From positions 1 through 64,000 of the forward strand of contig JBBQSO010000006.1 of NCBI GenBank assembly GCA_038213805.1: 64,000 bases of DNA, read 5' to 3'. This stretch comes from Planctomycetota bacterium (GTDB lineage Bacteria; Planctomycetota; UBA11346). A program made the position numbers and the translations under genes. The notes beneath the pieces were generated by a model. The model was not told the DNA's origin, ran no database searches, and saw only the letters and a program-made list of their open reading frames with translations. Shown here one piece after another: positions 9,016 to 19,394 of the stretch (position 1 is its first letter; each line of letters begins with the position of its first letter).

Positions 9016-11157
9016 ATGACCAAGACCTTTCCCGCGCTGCTGACCTGCTGCATCCTGGGGCAGGCGCTGGCCACAAGTTCCATCATGGCTCAAGACTACG
9101 TGGTCTCGCCCGGCGGCGACGACAGCAATGCGGGCACTTCCGCCGCGCTGGCGTGGAAGACCATCCAGCATGCGGCCGCCCTGGCCGAACCGGGCGATGT
9201 GATTTCCATGCGCGCAGGCACCTACCGTGAGTCGGTGCGCCCGGCCCACTCCGGGCGGGAAGGCGCCCCGATCGTCTTCCAGGGCTACGGCGACGAGGCC
9301 GCGGTGGTGAGCGGTGCGGATCCGGTGGGGCCCTGGCACCAGGCAGCGGCCGATGCGGCGCTGTGGGAGACCCCGCTGCCGGCAGACTTCTTCGCGTCCA
9401 CCATCGATCAGGCAGACCAGGTCTTCCGGGATGGCCGGATGATTCACGAGGGGCGCTGGCCCGACGCGGGTGCGGACCTCTCGCATCCGGCGACCGCCAC
9501 CATCTCGCGCTTCATCTCGAAGACGCGCACTGGCAACGTCACCACCGCAGTGTTCGAGGACGACCGGCTCGATCCGGCAGCGCCCGGGCGGTATGTAGGC
9601 GCCACGATCCACTTGCAGCCCAATGCCGCGGGCTGGGGCTGGACCCTGACCGGCACCGTCGTCGCCCAGCAGGGCCACCGACTGACCATGACTTCGCCAA
9701 ATGACGCGGGCGAGGACGGCCACGGCGACCGCTACGCCGTGGGCAGCCGCTATTTCCTCTTCGGGCTGAACGGCTTGGCCGACAGCGAGGGTGAATGGTT
9801 CCACGACCGCGCCTCGGGCACGCTGCGGTTGCGCAGCGCGCGTGACCCCGGTCAGGACCACGTGGAGGTCAAGCGCCGCGATTACGGATTCGACCTCAGT
9901 GAGCGCTCATGGATCGTGGTGCGCCACCTGTCCCTGTTCGCCTGCAGCCTGACCTCGGACGCCCAGGCGGGAGGGGATGGTGTGCCGGTCGCCGCTGACG
10001 GCGCCGCGCGCTTTCCATGGCGGCCGACGGGTTTCGTCGCGGCGGCGAGCCACCTGGTGGTCGACGGGCTCGACTGTTCGTACCTCAACCATTTCACGGA
10101 CCTGCGCGGGCATTTCTACCTGCAGTGGACGCATCAGACCGGCCTGGTCCTGGCCGGCACCGATCACGTGGTGCGCGGCTGCACCATCCGCGCCACGGCG
10201 GGAAACGGCATCTCGCTGCAGGGGCGCCGCCACCGCTGCATCGGCAATACCATCCTCGACAGCGACTACGCCTCGGTGGATTGCGCAGCGATCAGCTGTG
10301 GGGTACAGGATGTCGCCGAGGACTTCGAGATCGCCTGGAACACCATCACCCGCTGCGCCCGCTCGGGAATGACCCTGCGCGGACTGCGTAATTCCGACGC
10401 GACCAAGCTGGTCACCCGCATCCACCACAATGACGTCAGCGACTGGCTGTGCCAGGATTGGGACGGGGGCGCGTTCTACCTGTTCGGCATGGACGGCAGG
10501 TTCGTGCGCATCGACCACAACCATTTCCACTGCACCGAACCGCGTTCGGGCATGGTCTCCGGCGCCTACTGGGATTTTTCCAAGAACTACATCCTGGACC
10601 ACAACGTGATCTGGGGCGTGCCGACGCCGATCCAGATCACCCACGCCTTTGATGACGAGCACGCCAAGATCAACAATCTGCTCATCTACCGCAACACCGC
10701 GATCTCGAACGATGCGGCGTGGGGATATCCCATCGGGGGCAGCCAGACCGGCAACGGCACGCTGGTGCAGGACAACATCTTCAAGGTCTGCGCCTTCGCC
10801 AAACCCGGCGGCGGCCACGAAAATGGCTGGCCAAGCTACGGCGATGGCGCGGTGACCGTGCAGGGCAACCTGCTCTACGGCGATTTCGCGGACGCGTACT
10901 GGAGCAAGGCCAAGCGCCTGCATCCCCACGATCAGTGGTCGGCGCAGGCGGGATTCATGACCACGACGCCTGGTGACTACCGCCTTGCCGCGAATTCTCC
11001 GGCGCGGGATGCGGGCACGCCGATCCCGGCCGTCGAGCGCGATGGCATCGCAGTCCAGCCGTACGAGGACACCCGTGTGGGCGCGGCCTATGATCTCGGC
11101 GCACTGGAAGCCGGTAGCGAGCCGTTCGCCGTCGGCGCGGCCGCCGCGCCGCACTGA
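9016..11157 (+). CDS. Secreted right-handed beta-helix protein (DUF1565-type N-terminus), probably carbohydrate-active
   Basis: Signal peptide; YVVSPGGDDSNAGT…WKTIQHAA…PGDVISMRAGTYRE; repeated IxHNxI beta-helix turns; C-terminal DYRLAANSPARDAG…YDLGALE. Confidence 0.8.
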   Translation: MTKTFPALLTCCILGQALATSSIMAQDYVVSPGGDDSNAGTSAALAWKTIQHAAALAEPGDVISMRAGTYRESVRPAHSGREGAPIVFQGYGDEAAVVSGADPVGPWHQAAADAALWETPLPADFFASTIDQADQVFRDGRMIHEGRWPDAGADLSHPATATISRFISKTRTGNVTTAVFEDDRLDPAAPGRYVGATIHLQPNAAGWGWTLTGTVVAQQGHRLTMTSPNDAGEDGHGDRYAVGSRYFLFGLNGLADSEGEWFHDRASGTLRLRSARDPGQDHVEVKRRDYGFDLSERSWIVVRHLSLFACSLTSDAQAGGDGVPVAADGAARFPWRPTGFVAAASHLVVDGLDCSYLNHFTDLRGHFYLQWTHQTGLVLAGTDHVVRGCTIRATAGNGISLQGRRHRCIGNTILDSDYASVDCAAISCGVQDVAEDFEIAWNTITRCARSGMTLRGLRNSDATKLVTRIHHNDVSDWLCQDWDGGAFYLFGMDGRFVRIDHNHFHCTEPRSGMVSGAYWDFSKNYILDHNVIWGVPTPIQITHAFDDEHAKINNLLIYRNTAISNDAAWGYPIGGSQTGNGTLVQDNIFKVCAFAKPGGGHENGWPSYGDGAVTVQGNLLYGDFADAYWSKAKRLHPHDQWSAQAGFMTTTPGDYRLAANSPARDAGTPIPAVERDGIAVQPYEDTRVGAAYDLGALEAGSEPFAVGAAAAPH

Positions 11158-11173
11158 TACCTGCAGGCCACCC

Positions 11174-12208
11174 GTGGCGAAGCCCACTCTGAAGGATGTC
11201 GCCGCCGCGAGCGGATTCTCACTCGCCACCGCGGCGTTCATCCTGCGTGGGCACCCCAAGTCCTTCCCCGAAGCGACGCGCGCGGCGGTATTCGCCGCTG
11301 CGCTGCGCCTGGGCTACCGCGCCAACGCCTCGGCGCGCGCGGTGCGCAGCGGGCGCATGGGCGCCATCGCGCTGGTGCAGATCGAGGATGACCTGCACGG
11401 CGACATGGCGTGGAGCACGCTCGACGGCGTCATCGCCGAGGTCGAACGCGGTGGCGACCATCTGATCTTCACCAAGCTGCCCGCTGCAGCCTTCGCCGAT
11501 CCCTCGGCCATGCCGAAGATCCTCCAGCAGCTGGTGGTCGATGGCCTGCTGCTGAGCTATCACACCGGGGCCCCGGCGGGGCTGGCCGACGCCCTGCGTG
11601 ACCTACAGGTGCCGTCCGTGTGGATCAACTCGCGGCTGCCGGCCGACTGCGTCCACCTCGACGACCTCGCCGCGGCGCACCTGGCGGTCGAGAATCTCAT
11701 GCGCCTCGGTCACCGACGCATCGCCTACGTCAATCCCTGGCAGCCGCCGGGTGCGGGCACCGCGCCGCAGCACTACAGCATGGTCGACCGCCTCCAGGGT
11801 TATCACGAGGCGATGCGCGCCGCTGGATGCCGCCCCGTGGAGCTGACCAGCGGAAACGAGGCCCGTGGCGACGGCATGTATCAGGATCTGCTCTCGGGGC
11901 CCCAGCGCCCGACCGCGGTGGTCCTGTACCATGCGCATTTCGCGCCCCCGTTCCTGATCGCCGCCGCGCGGCTCGGTCTCGGTGTTCCCGACGACCTCTC
12001 GCTGGTGACCTTTAGCGACCGCATCGACACGGTCGGGGGGATGGCGCTGACCGCCGTGCGCGGCGCCTACGCCAGGATGGGCGCGGCCGCAGTGGTCCAG
12101 CTGCGCCAGCACATCGCCGCGCCGGCGCACGCCCTGCCACCCCGCGGCATCACCGGCGATTGGTTCCCGGGAGATTCGCTCGGACCGTGTAGCGACGATG
12201 CGGCATGA
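11174..12208 (+). CDS. LacI-family transcriptional regulator
   Basis: PTLKDVAAASGFSLATAAFIL HTH; LGYRANASARA hinge; GHRRIAY and VPDDLSLVTF in the sugar-binding domain; GTG start. Confidence 0.92.
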   Translation: MAKPTLKDVAAASGFSLATAAFILRGHPKSFPEATRAAVFAAALRLGYRANASARAVRSGRMGAIALVQIEDDLHGDMAWSTLDGVIAEVERGGDHLIFTKLPAAAFADPSAMPKILQQLVVDGLLLSYHTGAPAGLADALRDLQVPSVWINSRLPADCVHLDDLAAAHLAVENLMRLGHRRIAYVNPWQPPGAGTAPQHYSMVDRLQGYHEAMRAAGCRPVELTSGNEARGDGMYQDLLSGPQRPTAVVLYHAHFAPPFLIAAARLGLGVPDDLSLVTFSDRIDTVGGMALTAVRGAYARMGAAAVVQLRQHIAAPAHALPPRGITGDWFPGDSLGPCSDDAA

Positions 12209-12244
12209 GGTGGCCTCGCCTTCCGATCGTCGCGCTCGAAATGC

Positions 12245-14587
12245 TCATGGTCGATGGCCGGGCGCCGTGAACGCCGGCGCACGGACGCGGTGCGCATGGT
12301 CCACCTCCGGTTTCTCCACCCGCGTCACCTGCCCATCGCCCCATGTCACTTCGATCCAGTCGACCGCGGTCGCCGCGCCGATGCCGAAGTGCACCGTGCT
12401 GGGGTGCTGGCACATGAAGGAATCGCCGGTGATCACTGTGCCGACCTGGGTGTGGCCGCCGGCGCTCACCCGCACCAGGCTGCCGGGGATCGGCGCGCCG
12501 CCGGCGGATTCGTCGAGGGACAGCGCGATCCAGTGGCCCGCGTCCGGCCAGCGGTTGTGGTAGAGGTTCAGCCAGCGGCGGTCGGTGGCGAAGTGTTTCT
12601 CCATCACCGCCAGGTCGACCTTGCCGTCGCCATCCAGATCGCAGCCGATGACTGCGCGGGCGTCGTACTCGCAGGCCACGTCCATGAGATGGGCGATGTT
12701 CAGGAAGCGGCGTGCGCCGTCGGCGGCGACCTCGTCGAGCAGCAGCACCTTGTGTTCGTAGCCGTTCCACGAGACCTGGCTGAAGTCCGGCAGGTCGCGG
12801 TCGAAGAACAGCTTCAGGCCGTTGTCGGGTCGCGATGAGCCGGCGTAGATATCGTGACGCCAGAAGCCGGTGCAGTAGTCGCGGCAGGATTCGGCGCTGA
12901 CGAAGCCGTTGGCGACGAACAGGTCGCGGTCGCCGTCGTTGTCGACGTCCGGCGCGGTTGCGCCCCACGACCAGCCGGTGCGGTTGATCTGGTCCTGCCA
13001 CGGCGGCTGGGTGAAGGGCTTGCCGTGGCCGTGGCCCAGGAACATGCGGTTGCCGTAGCCCATCGCCGGGCGCATGCGCTGGTGCTCGTCAAAGCCCGGG
13101 ACGCCGGCGTGCATCGCCTCAAGGCGGCGCGCCGTGGTCGAGCCCATGCCGGTGACGTAGAGGTCGAGGTGGCCATCGCCATCGAAGTCGGCGATGGTGT
13201 GGCTCATGCCGAAGGAGTGCGGCTGGTCGATGAGTTCGGCGGTGGCGTCGCGGAAGTGGCCGTGGCCATCGCCCAGGAAGAGATCCGTTCCGGCGAAGTC
13301 GGAGGTCAGCAGCAGGTCGAGCCGGCCGTCCTCGTCGAGATCGACTAGGCTCGCGGCGAACACCCGGCGGTTGCGCTTCGCCTCCAGGCCGGAGCCGGGC
13401 GTGATGTCGTCGAAATGGCCGTCGCCGCGGTTGTGCAGCAGGAACAGCGGCGGGCCGTCGTTGGCGTCGTAGTAGGGGGTCGGCATCTGGCCGTGCGCGT
13501 AAGGCGGCAGGTACTGCGCGACCAGCACGTCGAGGTGGCCATCGCCGTCGATGTCGCCGCAGGTCATCACCTGGGGCAGGTCGATCTCCGGCAAGGTGCC
13601 GGCTGGCACCGCCGGGGCGAAGCGCCCGCCTGGAATGCCGGCGGCGAGCAGCAGCGTGCCGTGCTGGATGCAGAGCAGGTCGGGCAGGCCGTCGTTGGTG
13701 AAATCGCCGATCACCCCGGCCTGGGCCTCCAGGCCGTTCGCGCACAGCGGCTCGCGGTCGAAGGCCATGCCGCCGCGGTTGCGCAACAGCGCGTTCACAC
13801 CGGGCTCGAGCAGTTCAGGCAGACCATCGCGGTCGAGGTCGTAGGCCAACACCAGGTCGGTGGCGCGCTCGGGCCCGAAGGTGCGGCCCGCTCCGCCCGG
13901 CCCCGGCACCAGCGCGAAGGCCGGCTCGCCGCGCCGCTCCACCACGTCCAGGCCGATGACGCTGATGCAGTCAGGGTGGGGCATGGCGCCCGGCTTGCCG
14001 CCGCCGTCATCCCACAGCACATCGACGGTGCCGCGGATCACCTGGCGTCGGCCATCGCGGGCGTTGACCGCCTGGATGAGCAGGCTGGTGATGGAGTGCG
14101 CGGGCGCGCCGGCGGCATGCGCGAACGTGGGCTGGTGCCACTCGCTGGCGGTGACCTGGAAACCGTCGTCCAGCCAGCGCTGGGCCAGGGCCCGCCACGC
14201 GGCCTGATCGAGCACCGCATCCTGGGGCCCTGCCTGCCAATGCGTGACGGTCACCCCGCTGTCGTGCGGGACCACCGGCCCCGCCTGCCCGAGACGCACG
14301 CTGCTGAAGCCGAGGTCGGCCCAGGTCTCTGGCCGGTGCTGTCCGCGGCGGGCGGCGTCCCAGTGCTGGTAGAACCACTCCTCGTGGCGCTGCGCGTCCT
14401 CCTCTAGCGCGTAGACGGTGCGATCGAGCTCGGCCCGGCGCTGGCCTTCGCCATGGGCGCGCTGCTCGCTGGTGGCAGGCGGACGTGCCGGCATCGCGGG
14501 CACCAGGGTGGCGCGCGCGAAGATGCCGACGCCGCCGAGCGCGAGGGCGAGCGCGATGGCGCCGGCGATGCGTTTTCCGCTGATCAT
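12245..14587 (-). CDS. CRTAC1-family protein (FG-GAP/VCBS repeats plus ASPIC/UnbV domain)
   Basis: Repeated DxDxDGxxDL motifs; C-terminal VHFGIGAATAVDWIEVTWGDG; N-terminal membrane anchor IAGAIALALALGGVGIF. Confidence 0.88.
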   Translation of the reverse strand: MISGKRIAGAIALALALGGVGIFARATLVPAMPARPPATSEQRAHGEGQRRAELDRTVYALEEDAQRHEEWFYQHWDAARRGQHRPETWADLGFSSVRLGQAGPVVPHDSGVTVTHWQAGPQDAVLDQAAWRALAQRWLDDGFQVTASEWHQPTFAHAAGAPAHSITSLLIQAVNARDGRRQVIRGTVDVLWDDGGGKPGAMPHPDCISVIGLDVVERRGEPAFALVPGPGGAGRTFGPERATDLVLAYDLDRDGLPELLEPGVNALLRNRGGMAFDREPLCANGLEAQAGVIGDFTNDGLPDLLCIQHGTLLLAAGIPGGRFAPAVPAGTLPEIDLPQVMTCGDIDGDGHLDVLVAQYLPPYAHGQMPTPYYDANDGPPLFLLHNRGDGHFDDITPGSGLEAKRNRRVFAASLVDLDEDGRLDLLLTSDFAGTDLFLGDGHGHFRDATAELIDQPHSFGMSHTIADFDGDGHLDLYVTGMGSTTARRLEAMHAGVPGFDEHQRMRPAMGYGNRMFLGHGHGKPFTQPPWQDQINRTGWSWGATAPDVDNDGDRDLFVANGFVSAESCRDYCTGFWRHDIYAGSSRPDNGLKLFFDRDLPDFSQVSWNGYEHKVLLLDEVAADGARRFLNIAHLMDVACEYDARAVIGCDLDGDGKVDLAVMEKHFATDRRWLNLYHNRWPDAGHWIALSLDESAGGAPIPGSLVRVSAGGHTQVGTVITGDSFMCQHPSTVHFGIGAATAVDWIEVTWGDGQVTRVEKPEVDHAHRVRAPAFTAPGHRP

Positions 14588-14900
14588 GCCCAACTCCGTG
14601 CCGGAGCGTCGCAGGGCATCGCTGGGTTGGCCAATACAACCCGCAGCGGCGCCGGATGGTGATTGAGCAGCGCGCAGAGCTTCCTGGTCGTGCTCGCACT
14701 GGCCGCGGCGATCAGGTTCCTGGTGGTCGGCACGCGGCACGCACGGGACAGCATTGCGGGCGCTCATCGCCCAGCGCCTGGGAGCCCTCTGCCCGCGTCC
14801 TGAAACCCCGATCATCGTCCCGTTCCCGCGCGCCTCGCGCCCCGGTCTTCCGCGAGGATTTCCTTGCCCCGCGCGCCGCCGGCCAAGGATCCCCGCCCGC

Positions 14901-15569
14901 ATGAAGCCCTGGATCCTCCTCGACAGCGCGCCCATCCCTGGCGGTGGCGAACTGCACCTGTGGCAGCACGTGCGCGACTTCGTCATCCGCGTCGGACGCG
15001 ATGAACTGATGAGCAGCGTGGTGCACGGTTCGGAAGAAGCGCTTGCCACCCTGGCCTGTGCCCGCCTCGGCGCGCGGCCGGCGCCATGTGTGCTGGTTGG
15101 CGGCCTGGGCATGGGCTTCACCGCGGCCGCGGCGCTGCGCGCGGTCGGCGCGGATGGGCTGGTGGTGGTGGCCGAGCTCATCCCCGCCGTGGTGGCGTGG
15201 AATCGGGGACCGCTTGCGCACCTCGCCGGCGCGCCACTCTCAGATCCGCGCCTGTCTGTCGCAGTCGGCGATGTCGCCGACCTGTTGCGCACCGCGGTGG
15301 GCGCCTACGACGCCATCCTGCTCGACGTCGACAACGGCCCGCGCAGCATGACCGCCGGTTCCAACCACTGGCTCTACACCGCTGCCGGCCTGGCCAAGGC
15401 GCGCCGCGCGCTGCGCCCGGGTGGCGTGCTGGCGGTGTGGTCGGCGGGCGGGGACGAGGCCTTCACCACGCGTCTCAAACAGGTCGGCTTCACCGTCGAA
15501 GTGGTGCCGGCGCGCTCGTCGGGGACGAAGGGTTCGCGGCATGTGATCTGGATTGGTGTGAATCGCTGA
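14901..15569 (+). CDS. Spermidine-synthase-like SAM-dependent methyltransferase
   Basis: ELMSS…GSEEALA, VLVGGLGMGFT (SAM motif), YDAILLDVDNGP, ALRPGGVLAVWS. Confidence 0.88.
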   Translation: MKPWILLDSAPIPGGGELHLWQHVRDFVIRVGRDELMSSVVHGSEEALATLACARLGARPAPCVLVGGLGMGFTAAAALRAVGADGLVVVAELIPAVVAWNRGPLAHLAGAPLSDPRLSVAVGDVADLLRTAVGAYDAILLDVDNGPRSMTAGSNHWLYTAAGLAKARRALRPGGVLAVWSAGGDEAFTTRLKQVGFTVEVVPARSSGTKGSRHVIWIGVNR

Positions 15570-15685
15570 CGGTCGATCGCACTTCCTCGTGGTGCGAATG
15601 GCGGCCTCTGGTCAGGTGGGATGCTATGCGGGCCGTGCGCCACGGGCGGAGGTTCCGGAACCCGGTCATCACGCATGGGGCATTC

Positions 15686-15747
15686 CTGGGACCGCGCGCC
15701 GCTGGCGCGCATGTGATAAAGAGCGCGCCAGCGGCGTGCGGTTCCAG
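15686..15747. repeat. Intergenic palindrome with 25-bp stem and 12-nt loop
   Basis: CTGGGACCGCGCGCCGCTGGCGCGC pairs with GCGCGCCAGCGGCGTGCGGTTCCAG with only two G.T mismatches. Confidence 0.85.
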
Positions 15748-16004
15748 CAAAGATTCTCATGGTTTCATCTGGTGATGTCGATCCGGTACTCCTGCGCCGC
15801 CAAACCCCTTCCCCTCGTGAATTGCCCGGCGAGCGACGGCGCTATGCTCCGTCGCTCACCGCCACTTCATCGCTATCCTTGGCATCGCGCCGTATCCGGC
15901 CTCCGCTTCCGGATCTCTCGGCTTTCCCCGTACCCCGCTGCTGCCATCGTTCTAGCTCCCTGGCATCTCACACCTCGCACTTCCCGTCTTCCCTCCGGAT
16001 TCCC

Positions 16005-17258
16005 ATGGACCCCACCGTCACCCCGGCTCCACCTCCGCCCTCGCCGTTCATCCCCGGTGCGGCGCTGGTCTCCGACCCGCCCACCTCGTCTGCCGCCCAC
16101 GGCGTCATCGTGACCGTGCTGCTCGCCGTCACTGTCGGCCACTTCCTCAATGACCTCATGCAGTCGGTGCTGGTCGGCGTCTATCCGATGCTGCGCGAGG
16201 GCTTCGCGCTCTCCTACACCGACATCGGCCTGCTCACCCTGGCAAACCAGGTGACGGCGTCCCTGCTCCAGCCGGTGGTGGGCTGGTACACCGATCGCCG
16301 GCCGCAGCGCTTCGCGTTGAGCGTGGGCATGGGCGCAACCTTCTTCGGCGTGCTGCTGCTCGCCACCGCGGGCAGCTTCGCGGTCCTGCTCGCGGCCGCG
16401 GCGCTGGTCGGCGTCGGCTCTTCCGTCTTCCACCCCGAAGCCTCGCGCATCGCGCGGCTGGCCTCGGGCGGGCGCTTCGGCCTCGCCCAGTCGGTCTTCC
16501 AGGTCGGCGGCAACTGCGGCTCGGCGCTCGGGCCGATGCTCGCCGCGCTGGTCATCGCCCCGCGCGGGCAGGGCTCGATCGCGTGGTTCTCGCTGGCCGC
16601 GCTGCTGGCGATGGGCGTGCTCGCGGCGGTCGGGGTGTGGTACGGGCGCCACCAGCCCGCGCGCGTCGCCGCGGACGCCCCTGCCCCCGCGCCGCTCACC
16701 CGGCCGGTGCTTGTCGCGCTGCTCGTGCTGGTCGTGCTGGTGTTCTCCAAATACGTCTACCTGGCCAGCCTGACCAACTACTACGCGTTCTACCTGATGG
16801 CGCACTTCCACCTCAGCCAGACCACCGCGCAGCTGCAGCTGTCGGTCTTCCTGGTCGCAGTGGCGGCGGGCACCCTGCTCGGCGGGCCGATCGGCGATCG
16901 CTTGGGGCGCAAGCGCGTGATCTGGGTCTCGATCCTCGGCATTGCGCCGCTGACCCTGACGCTGCCCTACGTCGACCTGCTGTGGACGGAAATCCTGGCT
17001 GGCATCATCGGTTTCATCCTGGCCTCGGCATTCTCGGCCATCCTGGTCTTCGCCCAGGAGCTGGTCCCGGGCCGGGTCGGCATGATCTCAGGCCTGTTCT
17101 TCGGCCTCGCCTTCGGCGTCGCCGGCCTGGGCGCGGCCGCGCTCGGCAAGGTCGCCGACCATTGGGGACTCGACACCGTCTACCGCATCTGCTCGTTCCT
17201 GCCGCTGCTCGGCGTCGTCACGATGTTCCTGCCGGACATGCGGACGCGGCGCCCGTGA
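16005..17258 (+). CDS. fsr: MFS transporter, Fsr (fosmidomycin-resistance) family
   Basis: HFLNDLMQS, ASLLQPVVGWYTDRRP, GSSVFHPEASRIARLASGGRFGLAQSVFQVGGN, GGPIGDRLGRKRVIW. Confidence 0.88.
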   Translation: MDPTVTPAPPPPSPFIPGAALVSDPPTSSAAHGVIVTVLLAVTVGHFLNDLMQSVLVGVYPMLREGFALSYTDIGLLTLANQVTASLLQPVVGWYTDRRPQRFALSVGMGATFFGVLLLATAGSFAVLLAAAALVGVGSSVFHPEASRIARLASGGRFGLAQSVFQVGGNCGSALGPMLAALVIAPRGQGSIAWFSLAALLAMGVLAAVGVWYGRHQPARVAADAPAPAPLTRPVLVALLVLVVLVFSKYVYLASLTNYYAFYLMAHFHLSQTTAQLQLSVFLVAVAAGTLLGGPIGDRLGRKRVIWVSILGIAPLTLTLPYVDLLWTEILAGIIGFILASAFSAILVFAQELVPGRVGMISGLFFGLAFGVAGLGAAALGKVADHWGLDTVYRICSFLPLLGVVTMFLPDMRTRRP

Positions 17259-17284
17259 GTTCCAAGTCGGTGCGAACCGTCCGG

Positions 17285-18061
17285 CTAGTCTGGCCTGATC
17301 GGTGCCGGGGCGAGGGGAAGGTCGCGGATGATCAGGAACAAGCGGACGCTGTAGAAGTCGGCTGACTGCGGCCACGGCCACTGCCGCATCGCCTCTTTCA
17401 ACGCCGGCCACGAGTTATTGTCGAGCAGCGCTTCGTGTTCAAGTGCCTTGCCCAGGTGCTGCGCATAATACATCCGCACCCAATGATCGCCCGCCGGCAA
17501 CGGCGCTGCGCGGATCGTGTGTTCCAGGCGCGGGAACCAGAGGTCCGTGGAGTTTGTAACGGGCGCGCTGGAGCGCATGATGACGTTGCCGACGGTCAGC
17601 TGCCGCGGGAGTCCGTTGATCTCCCACTCCTCCTGCGTCACCTGGTCCTCGGCCTTCCCGAAGAATGCTCGCTGCACGACGTGCAGCGAGCATTCGGTCA
17701 GGCTCTTCACGGCATTGCCGATGGCTTCGTCGCGGTCGGCTCCCACGCCGACCAGGCTTTCAACCAGGACGTGCCCGGTGGTCATGGCGAAACGCAGGTC
17801 GAGCTGGACTTGGACCCGATCCGGCGCCGTGCTCGTTGAGACGATTTCCATCTGCGCCTGGTACGGCTGACCCGGGAAGGTCACCCAGGCGCCGGTGGTT
17901 TCGGCGGGGATGTCATGGCTGACAAAGAAATCCCTGAGGATGGTGACAGACCGGGATGAGAACGACGGGATCGTCGCTAGCGTAGGCGGCATCGGGGCCG
18001 GCATCGGCGCGCCGGCGGTGAGGGAGGAGAGCCAGGCTTTCGCCGACGAGAGCAATGACAT
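17285..18061 (-). CDS. Hypothetical protein (possibly DUF6348-like)
   Basis: Good ORF; HWVRMYYAQ…EALLDN…YSVRLFL pattern recalled from that family. Confidence 0.6.
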   Translation of the reverse strand: MSLLSSAKAWLSSLTAGAPMPAPMPPTLATIPSFSSRSVTILRDFFVSHDIPAETTGAWVTFPGQPYQAQMEIVSTSTAPDRVQVQLDLRFAMTTGHVLVESLVGVGADRDEAIGNAVKSLTECSLHVVQRAFFGKAEDQVTQEEWEINGLPRQLTVGNVIMRSSAPVTNSTDLWFPRLEHTIRAAPLPAGDHWVRMYYAQHLGKALEHEALLDNNSWPALKEAMRQWPWPQSADFYSVRLFLIIRDLPLAPAPIRPD

Positions 18062-18149
18062 GATGGATCCAGTGGATGCCGGGGGTGCCGCAGGCACTAT
18101 GGTGTGCCGCATCCTGGCGCCATATCCGAGAGTTCGCAGGTGCGCGCGT

Positions 18150-19394
18150 TCAGGCGCGCGTCAACACCAGCACGCCGTTGTGGCCGCCAAAACCCATGTT
18201 CACGCTCATCGCCGCGACGGGCGTGGCCTCGACCGCGCGGTTGGCGACGTGGCGCAGCGCGCAGGCGGGGTCGGGGTCGTCGAGGTTGATGGTCGGCGGC
18301 AGCAGGCCGTCGCGCAGCGCGGCGACGGTGGCGATGGCTTCCAGCGCGCCAGCTGCGCCCATGGTGTGGCCGATCATGCTCTTGGTCGAGCTCACCCAGA
18401 CGCGCTCGAGGTCGCTGCCCAGGGCGCGGTGCAGCGCGGTGGCCTCGGTGCGGTCATTGAGCGCGGTCGAGGTGCCGTGCGCGTTGATGTAGCCAAGCGC
18501 GCCGCAGTTGAGGCCGGCTTCGCGCAGCGCCAGGGTCACCGCCATGGCCAGGGCGGCACCCTCGGGATCGGGGTTGGTCTCGTGGTGGGCGTCGTCGGTG
18601 CTGGCGCACCCGGCGAGCAGGGCATGGATGGTCGCACCGCGCCGCTGCGCGTGCTCAAGGGATTCGAGCACCAGCACGCCGGCGCCCTCACCGATCACGA
18701 AGCCGTCGCGGGCGCGGTCGAAGGGCCGGCTGGCGGCGGTGGGCGCGTCGTTGCGCCGGCTGAGCGCGCCGGCGGCGTTGAAGCCGGCGATGGTGATCGG
18801 CGCGGTCGCGGATTCCGCGCCGCCCGCGAGGGCGACGTCGACGGTGCCGCTGCGGATCAGCATGGCGGCCGCGTGGATGGCGTTCGCGCCCGTGGCGCAG
18901 GCGGTCATCATCGTCCAGGTCGGGCCCTTGGCGCCGCACGCCATCGCCACATCGCCCGAAGCCATGTTGCCGATCATGCGCGGGATCAGGAAAGGGCTGA
19001 CCCGCCCGGCGCCGCGCTCGAGCAGGGTGCCCAGCTCGCGCGTCAAGGTGCCGATGCCGCCGATGCCGGTGCCGATCTGCACCGCCACGCGGTAGGGATC
19101 GGCCCAGGCGCGCGCGACCAGGCCGGCGTGGGCGAGCGCCTCGCGGGTGGCGCGCAGCGCCATCAGCACGAAACGGTCCTTGCGCCGCACCTGGCGGCGG
19201 TCGCCGTCGGCAAGCTCCTCGTCGGTGAGCGGCACGGCGGCCGCGAAGCGCGTCTCGAGCGCGCTGGTGTCGAAGGCGGTGATCGACGCGACTCCGCTGT
19301 GTCCCAGGCGCATGCGTCGCAGGAAGGTCGGCGCATCGCCGCCCAGCGGTGAGACCGCGCCGAAGCCGGTGATCGCGATCGGGGCGATGCTCAT
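18150..19394 (-). CDS. fabF: Beta-ketoacyl-ACP synthase II-like protein
   Basis: TACATG (catalytic Cys), INAHGTST and KSMIGHTMGAAG (two His), ASRPFDRARDGFVIGEGAG; overlaps the TetR stop by 4 bp. Confidence 0.9.
   Translation of the reverse strand: MSIAPIAITGFGAVSPLGGDAPTFLRRMRLGHSGVASITAFDTSALETRFAAAVPLTDEELADGDRRQVRRKDRFVLMALRATREALAHAGLVARAWADPYRVAVQIGTGIGGIGTLTRELGTLLERGAGRVSPFLIPRMIGNMASGDVAMACGAKGPTWTMMTACATGANAIHAAAMLIRSGTVDVALAGGAESATAPITIAGFNAAGALSRRNDAPTAASRPFDRARDGFVIGEGAGVLVLESLEHAQRRGATIHALLAGCASTDDAHHETNPDPEGAALAMAVTLALREAGLNCGALGYINAHGTSTALNDRTEATALHRALGSDLERVWVSSTKSMIGHTMGAAGALEAIATVAALRDGLLPPTINLDDPDPACALRHVANRAVEATPVAAMSVNMGFGGHNGVLVLTRA

Noticed and set aside
14588..15292. 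N-terminal extension of the 1015-aa ORF in the track
   Set aside because: It is antisense to the methyltransferase; the real start is most plausibly MISGKR at 14587
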